A stretch of 64,000 bases of DNA from positions 15,495 to 79,494 of IMG/VR virus record IMGVR_UViG_3300030104_003924. The stretch is one strand, 5' to 3'. Below the pieces are notes generated by a model, which saw only the letters and a program-made list of their open reading frames with translations, searched no databases and was not told where the DNA came from. This DNA is from a virus. The number at the start of each line of letters is the position of its first letter. Positions within the stretch are counted from its first letter, which is position 1. Shown piece by piece: positions 1 to 8,920 of the stretch. The position numbers and the translations under genes were made by a program.

Positions 1-1398
1 GACGGTGTTACAGTAGCAGAATCTGTAGTCTTATTTGACCCGGTTGAGAATATGGGTGCTACCCTTATTAAAGAAGCTGCTAAAAATACAGTGAGAGAAG
101 CAGGTGACGGTACTACTACAGCTACTGTTCTTGCTGAATCTTTGTTAAAACAGGTTAATAATCGCGAAAAAAGCGTGACTATTAGAGAAGTGAAAGATGG
201 TATTAAATCATGTTTCACAAAAGTAAACGATTACCTTGATAAGATTTCTGTCAAGATCGAAGGCGATATGCTCGAATCTGTTAGTTCAATTAGTTGCAAT
301 AATGACGCGGAACTAGGAAAGATTATAGCAGAAGCTTATACTAAAGTAGGTAAAGATGGTGTGGTGTTAATGGAAGAGTCACCAACTGAAGAAACATATG
401 TCGAAATTGTAGATGGTGTGCAAATAGACTCAGGACTCACATCTCCACATTTTATTACTGATAAGGACAAGCAGATAGCAGAACTTGATAACCCATTAGT
501 ATTGATAGTTGGATCAGAAATCCCTAACATAAGAAAAATACAAAAAATATTAGAGCACGTTATAAAAAACAAACGTTCTTTATTAATTGTAGCTCCAGTA
601 GAGCAGCAGGTTAAAGCCGCTCTTCTTATGAACAAAGTAAAAGGTAATATTAAAGTTAATATAATTGACTTACCAGGCTTTGGTCCTACTAAAAAAGATA
701 CTGTTGATGATTTTGCGTTTTTAACAGGAGCAACAGTAATAAACGAAGAACTCGGTGATGATTTAGATTTAATTGATGTTAGTTGTTTAGGAGAGGCTCA
801 TACGGCTATAACAAAAGAAAATAACACTGTATTAACTATAGATACTCCACACTTAGAAATAGAAGAAAGAATTAAGAGTATACAAAAGTTAATCGATAAG
901 GAAGATAAAAATCCTTTTTTAAAAAAGAAACACCAACAAAGGTTAGCAATGCTATCAGGAAGTGTTGGTATTATAAAAGTAGGCGCTGATTCTAAAGTTG
1001 AATTAAAAGAAAAGAAAGATAGAGTAGAAGATGCTATTTATGCTACAAAAGCAGCTTTAAAAGAAGGGATTGTTCCAGGAGGTGGTGTAGCTCTTATAAA
1101 TGCTTCTCAAAAAATTTCAACCGACTCCGTCGGTGAAGAGATACTTCTCAAGGCTATTCAAGCTCCTTTCTATACTGTGCTAGAAAACGCGAGTATCACT
1201 CATCCAGATTATGATGATATAGAAGGAGAAGGTATAGACGTTGTTACGGGAGAAAAAGTTGATATGATTGAAGCTGGAATAATAGATCCGGTTTTGGTTA
1301 CAAAATCGGCGCTAAAAAATGCAGTAAGCGTAGTATCAACAATAATATCTGCAGATTGTGTAATTTCAAATATGAGAATGAATGAAAGCAATCAATAG
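1..1398 (+). CDS. groEL: Chaperonin GroEL (5'-truncated by window edge)
   Basis: The frame is open from base 1 (DGVTVAESVVLFDPVENMGA...). Contains the GDGTTTATVLA ATP-binding motif, KKDRVEDA, GIVPGGG and IIDP. No GGM tail. Confidence 0.97.
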   Translation, partial: DGVTVAESVVLFDPVENMGATLIKEAAKNTVREAGDGTTTATVLAESLLKQVNNREKSVTIREVKDGIKSCFTKVNDYLDKISVKIEGDMLESVSSISCNNDAELGKIIAEAYTKVGKDGVVLMEESPTEETYVEIVDGVQIDSGLTSPHFITDKDKQIAELDNPLVLIVGSEIPNIRKIQKILEHVIKNKRSLLIVAPVEQQVKAALLMNKVKGNIKVNIIDLPGFGPTKKDTVDDFAFLTGATVINEELGDDLDLIDVSCLGEAHTAITKENNTVLTIDTPHLEIEERIKSIQKLIDKEDKNPFLKKKHQQRLAMLSGSVGIIKVGADSKVELKEKKDRVEDAIYATKAALKEGIVPGGGVALINASQKISTDSVGEEILLKAIQAPFYTVLENASITHPDYDDIEGEGIDVVTGEKVDMIEAGIIDPVLVTKSALKNAVSVVSTIISADCVISNMRMNESNQ

Positions 1399-1639
1399 AT
1401 ATATAATAGTAGATAAAATAAAGACAGAACCTAAAAAGGTTGCTGGTCTTATAATGACGGATGATACTGATGTAGATAACCGTTATATAAAAGCAAAAAT
1501 AATATCGTGTGGTAATTTAGTTGAAGGATTGAAAGATGGAGACACGATATATTACGATAAACATGCTGGACACGACATTTCATGGAAAGACGCTCTTTAT
1601 AGAGTTATTCGCGATGGTGACGTTGTTCTAGTAGATTAA
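1382..1639 (+). CDS. groES: Co-chaperonin GroES
   Basis: 85 aa overlapping the groEL stop, with GroES-like pattern (KKVAGLIM mobile loop, LKDGDTIYY, YRVIRDGDVV). Confidence 0.9.
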   Translation: MKAINRYIIVDKIKTEPKKVAGLIMTDDTDVDNRYIKAKIISCGNLVEGLKDGDTIYYDKHAGHDISWKDALYRVIRDGDVVLVD

Positions 1640-1710
1640 GCCCAAACCTTATACTAAAAACCATAAACTTAACAACTAAAACAAATTAATAATAAAAAAA
1701 ATTACGAATT

Positions 1711-2160
1711 ATGAACGTAAAACACACGATGAATGCACAAGAAAAAGAAGTGTATTTATATGTAGCGGAAGACGCTACTTACGCTACTGGTAATCAAGCT
1801 ATTTTTAAAGCAAGTGATTTTGTAGGAGCAACAGCTGTTAATGCCGCGGAAAATCAAACTATTTTTAGATTTTTTCCACAGGATAAAACTAAGATGGCTC
1901 AATCCGCTGGAGATCCAGCATATGACACGTTTACATTAACCCATACTAACAACGCACATGTTGAGATAATGAAAACGGTTGCTGGCGCAATGGCAAACCC
2001 TCATGGAGGTTTTGTAGTGATACAAGATGATTTAGGTACTGCTTTTGGTGATGGGTCAACTACAGGTGAGGCTAGAACTGATCTTAAGTATCCAACAATT
2101 GCATCTACAGGAACTGCAGTTGCAGTAAGTGCTGTAGCAATAACAACAGTTGACGCTTAA
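1711..2160 (+). CDS. Hypothetical virion protein, paralog A1
   Basis: Ala/Thr-rich. Shares YLY...F.G...T...D...THT pattern with the next two ORFs. Confidence 0.6.
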   Translation: MNVKHTMNAQEKEVYLYVAEDATYATGNQAIFKASDFVGATAVNAAENQTIFRFFPQDKTKMAQSAGDPAYDTFTLTHTNNAHVEIMKTVAGAMANPHGGFVVIQDDLGTAFGDGSTTGEARTDLKYPTIASTGTAVAVSAVAITTVDA

Positions 2161-2188
2161 TAATTAATAACTTTAAAAATATAAAACG

Positions 2189-2551
2189 ATGAAATATTTA
2201 TTTGCAAACGAGGTAGGTACATTAGGAGACATCGACGCATCTGATGAGATAGTGTTATTTCCTCAAAACGCGGTTTTATCTATAGAAAGTAAGACCGATA
2301 CAACTTCTTCAATTTTCGCACAAAGTTCAGCTGATGTTGACGCGGATATTGAACTAGTTATTACGCATGCAGACAAATCTGCTGCGGCAACACACAAAAC
2401 AGAAAGAAATCTAATTGATGAAATAGTAGCTGTAATTAACAATGACAACAGAAGTGGAGTTGGTGTTTTATTTGATGTTTTAAATAACATTAAGTTACCT
2501 AGTCAAACTATAACATCTGGAGCTGTGGTTGGAACAGTAACTGAGGATTAA
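2189..2551 (+). CDS. Hypothetical virion protein, paralog A2
   Basis: Same motif order as its neighbours (YLF, LFP, VITH, VLFD). A-rich leader. Confidence 0.6.
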   Translation: MKYLFANEVGTLGDIDASDEIVLFPQNAVLSIESKTDTTSSIFAQSSADVDADIELVITHADKSAAATHKTERNLIDEIVAVINNDNRSGVGVLFDVLNNIKLPSQTITSGAVVGTVTED

Positions 2552-2576
2552 TAATAACTTTTAAAAAATAATAAAA

Positions 2577-3374
2577 ATGAAAACACCTTATATATATTTT
2601 GGACAAAAAGGTTATTACTACGAATCAGACGCTAGTGGTGACCAGGAGGTAGGTGGTGATTCCGCTACTTCCTTAACTTTAGCTGGCGCTGGACTTTTAC
2701 CAGTAGATCACGCTAATGGAGCGAGCGATGATAGTACTTCGCTTGACGCTTATAGAATAATAATTAAAGCTGCTGCTGGTACAACTGGTGACAGGGCAAA
2801 CGACAATACAACTGACTTTTTAACTGGAGCTCTTTTTGCTGCTGCTGCAAACCCTGCTACTGGAGATGTAACAGCTTTAAGAAGAAAAGACTATGATGTG
2901 GCTAATACTTCTCAAGTAACTATTATAACAGCTTCTGGAGCAGTTGGATATGATATTCAAAACAATGATAAACTTTGGTTAGAGCAAGTAGCTAGACATG
3001 ATGCCGCTGGTAATGGACCTAGCGCTTCTAACTTATCTAGTGCTTTTGCTTATCCAATGGCAAACTTTATGGGAGCTAATCCTGTTGCTTACGCTGGTGA
3101 ACATTATGATGGAACTGCTTTGGATCAAACTGATCTTTACTTTTTAAAATCAGATGGTACTGGAGGTACGGATATAATTAGAATTATACATACAGCTAAT
3201 AAATATCCTGATTTGGTTAAAACCATGGAAGCGATAGCAAACTGTGGTATCTATAATAGAGCAATAACATTCTATGATTTAGATATCAATGGGCTTGAAA
3301 CTTTTGCTGGTGGACCATCATTAAGTGGTGCTAACGACTTAGGTATTAAAGGTTGCTGGAGAACAACAGCATAG
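2577..3374 (+). CDS. Hypothetical virion protein, paralog A3 with internal insertion
   Basis: N-terminal YIYFG and C-terminal AYP..FMG...DQTDLYF...DIIRIIHT resemble 1711..2160. Confidence 0.6.
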   Translation: MKTPYIYFGQKGYYYESDASGDQEVGGDSATSLTLAGAGLLPVDHANGASDDSTSLDAYRIIIKAAAGTTGDRANDNTTDFLTGALFAAAANPATGDVTALRRKDYDVANTSQVTIITASGAVGYDIQNNDKLWLEQVARHDAAGNGPSASNLSSAFAYPMANFMGANPVAYAGEHYDGTALDQTDLYFLKSDGTGGTDIIRIIHTANKYPDLVKTMEAIANCGIYNRAITFYDLDINGLETFAGGPSLSGANDLGIKGCWRTTA

Positions 3375-3375
3375 T

Positions 3376-3750
3376 TTGAGATTAACCGCGCAGGATCTGC
3401 GTGAAATGAATATCCTTAAGTATTACAGGCTCACTAGAAAGTGGGTCTGTAAAACTTACGGGTTAAAAGATGCAGATTTAGAATTATTAATTTATTTAGA
3501 TTGTAAAGGAAGATTTACACGACAAGACTTTATCGATGTATGGAGACATAGAAATAGAACTACTATAATGTACTCTGTATTTAAAACCTCGTGGAAATGC
3601 TCTCAAATGATAAGTAGGATATATAGAATCCTATTAGGTGAGGAAGACTTACCCACTTCAGAACGAAGTGTATTTTATAAGAATAAATCATATACGGATA
3701 AAGTTTACAATAAAGCTATAGATGATATGATTAAAGATAAAGATAGATAA
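3376..3750 (+). CDS. Winged-helix (MarR-like) DNA-binding protein, possibly internally deleted
   Basis: TTG start. YGLKDADLELLIYL...FTRQDF resembles wHTH helices 1-2. The recognition-helix region looks short (see findings). Confidence 0.55.
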   Translation: MRLTAQDLREMNILKYYRLTRKWVCKTYGLKDADLELLIYLDCKGRFTRQDFIDVWRHRNRTTIMYSVFKTSWKCSQMISRIYRILLGEEDLPTSERSVFYKNKSYTDKVYNKAIDDMIKDKDR

Positions 3751-3751
3751 T

Positions 3752-4066
3752 ATGCCAAATTTTCCAAAAAACACAGATTATAAAATGAAAGGATCTACCT
3801 TTTATGGCCACGGAAACTCATCACCAGCAAAAGTAAGTGATGACAAAGTGGTTGCAGCGCAAAAAAATCTTGACGAAATACAACTTAAGTTTAATGAACC
3901 AGGTTGGGCTAAAGCTGCTAGAGGTATACACGAAGGCGCTAAGGGAGTTGTTAGTAAATTTATGAATCAAGATCCAGACGAAGACGGCAGTGAGACAGAA
4001 AATCAAATGGATTCAGTAGAGGATATAGCCGCGAACAATATGGATATAGAAGGTGAATTAGAATAA
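3752..4066 (+). CDS. SPxK-leader protein with acidic C-terminus
   Basis: YKMKGSTFYGHGNSSPAK near the N-terminus. Confidence 0.7.
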   Translation: MPNFPKNTDYKMKGSTFYGHGNSSPAKVSDDKVVAAQKNLDEIQLKFNEPGWAKAARGIHEGAKGVVSKFMNQDPDEDGSETENQMDSVEDIAANNMDIEGELE

Positions 4067-4067
4067 T

Positions 4068-4433
4068 ATGTTTAAACTACCAAAACAAAATCATAGAAAA
4101 GTAACTAAAGGACGTTTTTCTCATTTTAATGAAGAAGCATCTCCTGGTACACCTTTGTATAGAAAAAAACTAGATCAAAGTATACAGGCGGAAGCTAATG
4201 ACGATGGCACTATATTTATAGATGTGTCTGTAGAGCCTGGAAGCGCACAAGAGAGACAAATTTTAGCTCATGAAATGAGACATCTTGTTGATATGAAAAC
4301 TGGTAAATTAAGATACGATGACAATTGGATAAAGTATAACGGTATGGAATATCCAAGAAAAAACGGATTTATATTATATGAAGGAGAATGGGTACCAGAA
4401 GGAGGAAAACAATTCCCTTGGGAGCAACATTAA
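4068..4433 (+). CDS. Small zincin-like metallopeptidase (HExxH)
   Basis: ANDDGTIFID strand followed by ILAHEMRH helix and a C-terminal PWE (candidate third ligand). Confidence 0.75.
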   Translation: MFKLPKQNHRKVTKGRFSHFNEEASPGTPLYRKKLDQSIQAEANDDGTIFIDVSVEPGSAQERQILAHEMRHLVDMKTGKLRYDDNWIKYNGMEYPRKNGFILYEGEWVPEGGKQFPWEQH

Positions 4434-4439
4434 AAACAT

Positions 4440-4673
4440 ATGTGGAAGTTATTTAAAGATAAGAACGATATAAATGAAAAGAATGTAGTTGGTTTTATAT
4501 CTTTCGCTGTAATGGTATTATTTGCCATTATAGACTTAGCTACAGCTATTATATACATGGGATACGTAGGGGGTGGAGAACTAGAAATTAACGACACAAT
4601 ATATAATTCGTTTGTAATGGTAACATTAGGTTGCTTTGGCATTAGTGCATTTGAAAAAGTAAAAAAGAAATAA
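4440..4673 (+). CDS. Small 2-TM membrane protein (holin-like)
   Basis: Two hydrophobic segments and a basic C-terminus FEKVKKK. Confidence 0.6.
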   Translation: MWKLFKDKNDINEKNVVGFISFAVMVLFAIIDLATAIIYMGYVGGGELEINDTIYNSFVMVTLGCFGISAFEKVKKK

Positions 4674-4675
4674 CT

Positions 4676-4912
4676 ATGGGATACAAAATGAATGGATTTT
4701 CTGGTTTCGGTAATTCCCCAGCAAAACAAAGTGCAGATAAAAAAGCAACACAAGTTATAGATGGTGTTCTATGTGATGCTTATGGAAGACCAATTGATCC
4801 AAAGAAAAAATGGGAGGCTAATACAGTTCAAAATTACAAAGGTCCTGGTGGTAGAAACGATTCTAACAAAGTAATGAGAGGTCAAAATTTTAGACCAACA
4901 ACAACAATTTAA
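4676..4912 (+). CDS. SPxK-leader small basic protein
   Basis: Starts MGYKMNGFSGFGNSPAKQ. Confidence 0.75.
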   Translation: MGYKMNGFSGFGNSPAKQSADKKATQVIDGVLCDAYGRPIDPKKKWEANTVQNYKGPGGRNDSNKVMRGQNFRPTTTI

Positions 4913-4924
4913 AAAAAATAGATT

Positions 4925-5410
4925 ATGGGATACAAAATGAAAGGGTTTAGCGGATTTGGAAACTCTCCAGCAAAACAAAAAAAAGACACTACAAGAACAT
5001 ATCCACCAAGCTATACTAAAGAAGATATAAAGTTTTTAAAAGAACAACGCGAAGACGTTGTTAGATATGAAGATCTAGACGAGAAAGGTAAAGCTATATG
5101 GAGAAAACAAGGTAAACCAGTACCTAAAAAGAAAAAATCTCCAGCTAAACAAGAGGGGCCAATAGATAAAAAACAGATTAAATTACAACCATCTGAACAT
5201 AAAGACACTTGGGTGTACGATCCAACTAAAGATGATAAATCATCTGCTTATAGGAAGAGAACAGAAAGAATCATAGATCTAGAAGAGAGAATTGGTTTTA
5301 TTGATGAAGATGCTAATGCTTCTGGTAAACCTTTAACAAAACAACAAAAGAAAGATCAAGCTAAACTAAGACAAGAATTAGCAATATTAAGAAAATCTAA
5401 ACATAAATAA
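4925..5410 (+). CDS. SPxK-leader basic protein with a second internal SPAKQ
   Basis: Starts MGYKMKGFSGFGNSPAKQ and has an internal KKKSPAKQ. Confidence 0.78.
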   Translation: MGYKMKGFSGFGNSPAKQKKDTTRTYPPSYTKEDIKFLKEQREDVVRYEDLDEKGKAIWRKQGKPVPKKKKSPAKQEGPIDKKQIKLQPSEHKDTWVYDPTKDDKSSAYRKRTERIIDLEERIGFIDEDANASGKPLTKQQKKDQAKLRQELAILRKSKHK

Positions 5411-5411
5411 T

Positions 5412-5822
5412 ATGTCATATAAAATGAAAGGTTTTAGCGGATTTAAAGGATCTCCAGCTAAACAGAAAAAAAAGAAAGGTGGAGATGAATTTGGTAAAAT
5501 TAAAAAAGGAGAATATCCTAATTTAGTAGAAGACCAAAGTAAAGTTCAGAAAGATAAAAAAGGACTTTTCACAACTGGAATTGGTGATCATGGTCATCAT
5601 AGTGTAACTGACACAACTAGATATCCTCAAGGATTCTCTGATTGGCAAGGAGAGATAAAAGAAGGTAATTATATAGATGAGACAACTCACGAGGCTTGGG
5701 GCGGTGTAGATGTTGAAGATCATTCTGAAAAAGCAAATAAAGAAGGTCAAAAAGCTACTGGTAAAAGAAAAGTTTATAATAAGAAAACTGGCAAGTACGA
5801 GGACTATAAAAAGAAAAAATAA
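5412..5822 (+). CDS. SPxK-leader basic protein
   Basis: Starts MSYKMKGFSGFKGSPAKQ. Confidence 0.75.
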   Translation: MSYKMKGFSGFKGSPAKQKKKKGGDEFGKIKKGEYPNLVEDQSKVQKDKKGLFTTGIGDHGHHSVTDTTRYPQGFSDWQGEIKEGNYIDETTHEAWGGVDVEDHSEKANKEGQKATGKRKVYNKKTGKYEDYKKKK

Positions 5823-6208
5823 TGTTAGGACAATTGTTTTCAGGAGGAGCTGCTGATTTAGTAAAAGGTATAGGAGGCGTTGTAGATAATCTACACACGT
5901 CAGCTGAAGAAAAACTAGAAGCAGAAAGAAAAATAAAAGAATTAATTGCTAACTACGAGGTTGAAATGGAGAAAAACATTACAGCTAGATGGGAGGCAGA
6001 TTTAAAATCAGATTCATGGCTTAGTAAAAATGTTAGGCCACTAGTATTAATATTTTTAATAGTATGCACCATGCTATTAATATTTATAGACGCAGGTGCA
6101 TTAAAATTTGAAGTTAAATCATCATGGGTTGACTTACTTCAATTAGTATTAATAACTGTGATCGGCGCGTATTTTGGCGGACGATCTTTTGAAAAAGTAA
6201 AAAAATAA
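5822..6208 (+). CDS. Holin (3TM-holin-like)
   Basis: Amphipathic N-terminus, coiled coil, SDSWLSKNVRP, two TM helices, GAYFGGRSFEK. Confidence 0.75.
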   Translation: MLGQLFSGGAADLVKGIGGVVDNLHTSAEEKLEAERKIKELIANYEVEMEKNITARWEADLKSDSWLSKNVRPLVLIFLIVCTMLLIFIDAGALKFEVKSSWVDLLQLVLITVIGAYFGGRSFEKVKK

Positions 6209-6212
6209 AATT

Positions 6213-6800
6213 ATGGGACAAAATTCAACAGAAGTCGCTTATGGCTTCGGACAAATGGGTAGCGCGTATTCTGGTAACGCAGCTAACAAAATAACTGCTC
6301 CACATGGAATGGTTATTGTAGCTATTCAATTTTTAGCGGATAACACTTTAGATGAGTTAACAGCTGAAACGCCTGCTAATGCGGTTTTCCCGGGTTACAC
6401 AACAGTTGCTCACGCAGGAACAGTTACAGACACAGTAGACGAAGGTGGTGGTGTTTCTGGCGCGGCCACGTTTACCATGGACACTAGTTATATTACAAAA
6501 GGATATGAGGTTGGTTGGTATGTAGATGGTGTTGGTGTTCCTTATGGAACTAAAGTAGCGGCTGTTAATGTTGGTAGCTCTAATGTGGAAATAACACTAG
6601 ATACCAATGTAACATTAAGTGATGCTCAAACTTTGTATTTTACAAACCCAGCAACAACAGGTGTTGGTACGGGTGGCGAAGCTTTTACAACTGGCACTGA
6701 TACTAAATTTCCAAAAGGATTAACAATAGTTGGCAGATGGGTATCTGTAACTCCAGAGACAGATGACGATGGGGGTATAATTGCTTACTTTGGTATATAA
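6213..6800 (+). CDS. Hypothetical virion protein with inserted beta module
   Basis: Gly/Thr-rich. IVAIQFLAD and FPKGLTIVGRW flank a VGWYVDGVGVPYGTKV module. Confidence 0.6.
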   Translation: MGQNSTEVAYGFGQMGSAYSGNAANKITAPHGMVIVAIQFLADNTLDELTAETPANAVFPGYTTVAHAGTVTDTVDEGGGVSGAATFTMDTSYITKGYEVGWYVDGVGVPYGTKVAAVNVGSSNVEITLDTNVTLSDAQTLYFTNPATTGVGTGGEAFTTGTDTKFPKGLTIVGRWVSVTPETDDDGGIIAYFGI

Positions 6801-7585
6801 TGTTAGGATTAGGACATAATATAGCTACACCAATGGTAAGTGGGGAAATCCCATATTCAAACGACTATTATTACACGGGAACTCATGCTACCGCCGCGTT
6901 TGTTAATACAAACTCTGCTATGCAATCATTATTTAGAAGTTCCTGGACGTTTTCTGGTTGGTTTAATTGGGACGATGGACAAACTAACCCTCCAAACGGA
7001 ATAATGGGAGCTTTACACGACTCTAACAACTCTATTGCAATCTCTACTACTAAAAATGACTCTAAAGTGATTGTAAGTTATAAAGCTAATGGAGACCTAC
7101 ACTTCAATACAACAGATGCAGTTTGTTGGTTGAATGGACCCACTGGTTGGGTTCATGTCGCTGTTTCAATGAACATGGATCCCGGTGGAAATGTAGGCAG
7201 TGTAATCTATATAGATGGATCTGCGGTATCTTCAACAGCCTCTGCAACTTGTACTACATCAAACGCGGGATCATTTACAAATACTACAAATATATTTATT
7301 GGCGGAGCTAATAACGCTGGTACTGGAGCTGTAGAAAGTCTTCGAGGCGATATGGATGAAGTAGCTTTTCATTCCATAGCAATGGGAGGAGCTCAGATAG
7401 CGGAGCTTTATAACGGAGGAGTATCACTTGATTTAAGAACAATTTCCACTTCTGGCGATCTCGTGCATTATTATACATTTAACGAGCAAAATGGTTATGA
7501 TGATGGCACTGCAGGGTCACATGCTACTTTCGCTGAAGAAGGTTACGCTTTTAACGCACATTCAACACCAACATCAGCACCATAA
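6800..7585 (+). CDS. LamG/concanavalin-A-like domain virion protein
   Basis: WTFSGWFN, GWVHVAVS, IYIDG, IFIGG, GDMDEVAF, IAELYNGG, LVHYYTFNE. Confidence 0.85.
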   Translation: MLGLGHNIATPMVSGEIPYSNDYYYTGTHATAAFVNTNSAMQSLFRSSWTFSGWFNWDDGQTNPPNGIMGALHDSNNSIAISTTKNDSKVIVSYKANGDLHFNTTDAVCWLNGPTGWVHVAVSMNMDPGGNVGSVIYIDGSAVSSTASATCTTSNAGSFTNTTNIFIGGANNAGTGAVESLRGDMDEVAFHSIAMGGAQIAELYNGGVSLDLRTISTSGDLVHYYTFNEQNGYDDGTAGSHATFAEEGYAFNAHSTPTSAP

Positions 7586-7620
7586 CATAACAAATAAATA
7601 ATTAACTTAAATTAAATAAA

Positions 7621-7914
7621 ATGACAAAAAAAGAAGAGGTTCTGGACCTTAAACCAGAAAAAATTAACGAAGAAGAATTAACTCGTTTGCAGAATACAAT
7701 AAGAACTATGGATAGGTTAACTTCTGATGTAGGTAGACTTGAAATGCAAAAATATACAGTAATGACAAGTATAGAAAAAGTTCAAGGAGAGATACAGGGG
7801 TTGAGAGAAGAATTTATGAAAACTTATGGAACTGATAACGTTAACATTCAAACGGGTGAATTAGCTTATCCTAAAGAAGAAAAAGAAAATGGCGAAGCTG
7901 ATAAGAAAGATTAG
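7621..7914 (+). CDS. Hypothetical coiled-coil protein
   Basis: Heptad pattern ending YGTDNVNIQTG. Confidence 0.6.
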   Translation: MTKKEEVLDLKPEKINEEELTRLQNTIRTMDRLTSDVGRLEMQKYTVMTSIEKVQGEIQGLREEFMKTYGTDNVNIQTGELAYPKEEKENGEADKKD

Positions 7915-8110
7915 TGTAGGTAAAGACTACAAGAACGACGCTATGCACTACGCTGTTGGCCAAGAAGTTTATGGTGGACACACTATTTGTGATATATTAG
8001 AAGAAGACGACAAGTATTCTATTTACATAAAAAAGAACAAAGATGTGTTACCTTGGAAAGACTTCAATAAAAACATGGCTGTGTCTATAGAATATAATCT
8101 TGAATACTAA
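7889..8110 (+). CDS. Hypothetical protein
   Basis: 73 aa, overlapping and coupled to both neighbours. Confidence 0.65.
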   Translation: MAKLIRKISVGKDYKNDAMHYAVGQEVYGGHTICDILEEDDKYSIYIKKNKDVLPWKDFNKNMAVSIEYNLEY

Positions 8111-8700
8111 TGAAGAGTGTTTACAACTTTGTTGTAACGCCAAAAGGAAAAAGATATAATAACACTAAAAAAGTTGGAGATTCAGAGTTAATACTTAACA
8201 CAGAGATATTCAACCATCAATATGTAAATAAAGAAGCAATAGTTATATCAACTCCAATTATTGGTGATACAAATATAAAAGCTGGAGATACAGTTATTGT
8301 TCATCATAACATATTTCGTAGGTGGCACAACGTAAAAGGTATTGAGAAGAATAGTAGATCATATTTCAATGAAGATACTTATTTTATAAACCACGATCAA
8401 ATCTTTTTATACAAAAGAAATGACAAGTGGATAGCTCCAAAAGGTTATTGTTTTATAAAACCTTTAAAAGCTGTAGATCAATTTAATATTGAATCTGAAA
8501 AACCATTACAAGGTATTGTAAAGTACTCAGACGGCACAATAGAGATTGGAGATTTAGTAGGATATGTACCAAGGACTCAATCTGAGTTTATCGTAGATGG
8601 AGAAAGATTATATAGAGTTTTATCAAATTTAATTACAATCAAATATGAATATCAAGGAAACGAAGAAGAATATAATCCAAGCTGGGCAAAGAGCAGTTGA
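8110..8700 (+). CDS. Divergent GroES-like (tandem co-chaperonin-fold) protein
   Basis: Two repeats of V.P...G/A.V...I..GD.V (FVVTP...IKAGDTVIV and FIKP...GIVKY...IEIGDLVGY...LYRV). Confidence 0.55.
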   Translation: MKSVYNFVVTPKGKRYNNTKKVGDSELILNTEIFNHQYVNKEAIVISTPIIGDTNIKAGDTVIVHHNIFRRWHNVKGIEKNSRSYFNEDTYFINHDQIFLYKRNDKWIAPKGYCFIKPLKAVDQFNIESEKPLQGIVKYSDGTIEIGDLVGYVPRTQSEFIVDGERLYRVLSNLITIKYEYQGNEEEYNPSWAKSS

Positions 8701-8920
8701 AGAACTGATTAAAGTTGCGAAAGAACCGATTGTAGATTCAGACGACGACATATCAGCAGATAGACTAAAAAATGCAGCAGCTACTAAAAAGTTAGCAATA
8801 TTTGACGCATTTGAAATACTTAACAGAATTCAAGAAGAAGAGCAATTACTTGAGGGCAAAGCACCTGAAGAGGCAAAGAAAACGGTCTTTAGAGGATTCG
8901 CAGAAGGCAGATCTAAGTAA
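8645..8920 (+). CDS. Probable terminase small subunit
   Basis: Helical 91-aa protein directly upstream of and coupled to terL (TAATG). Confidence 0.5.
   Translation: MNIKETKKNIIQAGQRAVEELIKVAKEPIVDSDDDISADRLKNAAATKKLAIFDAFEILNRIQEEEQLLEGKAPEEAKKTVFRGFAEGRSK

Larger units (their letters stand above)
4676..5466 (+). repeat. Three diverged ~54-nt direct repeats encoding the shared leader (4676, 4925, 5412)
   Basis: atgggatacaaaatgaatggattttctggtttc..., atgggatacaaaatgaaagggtttagcggattt..., atgtcatataaaatgaaaggttttagcggattt... Most differences are synonymous. Confidence 0.85.
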
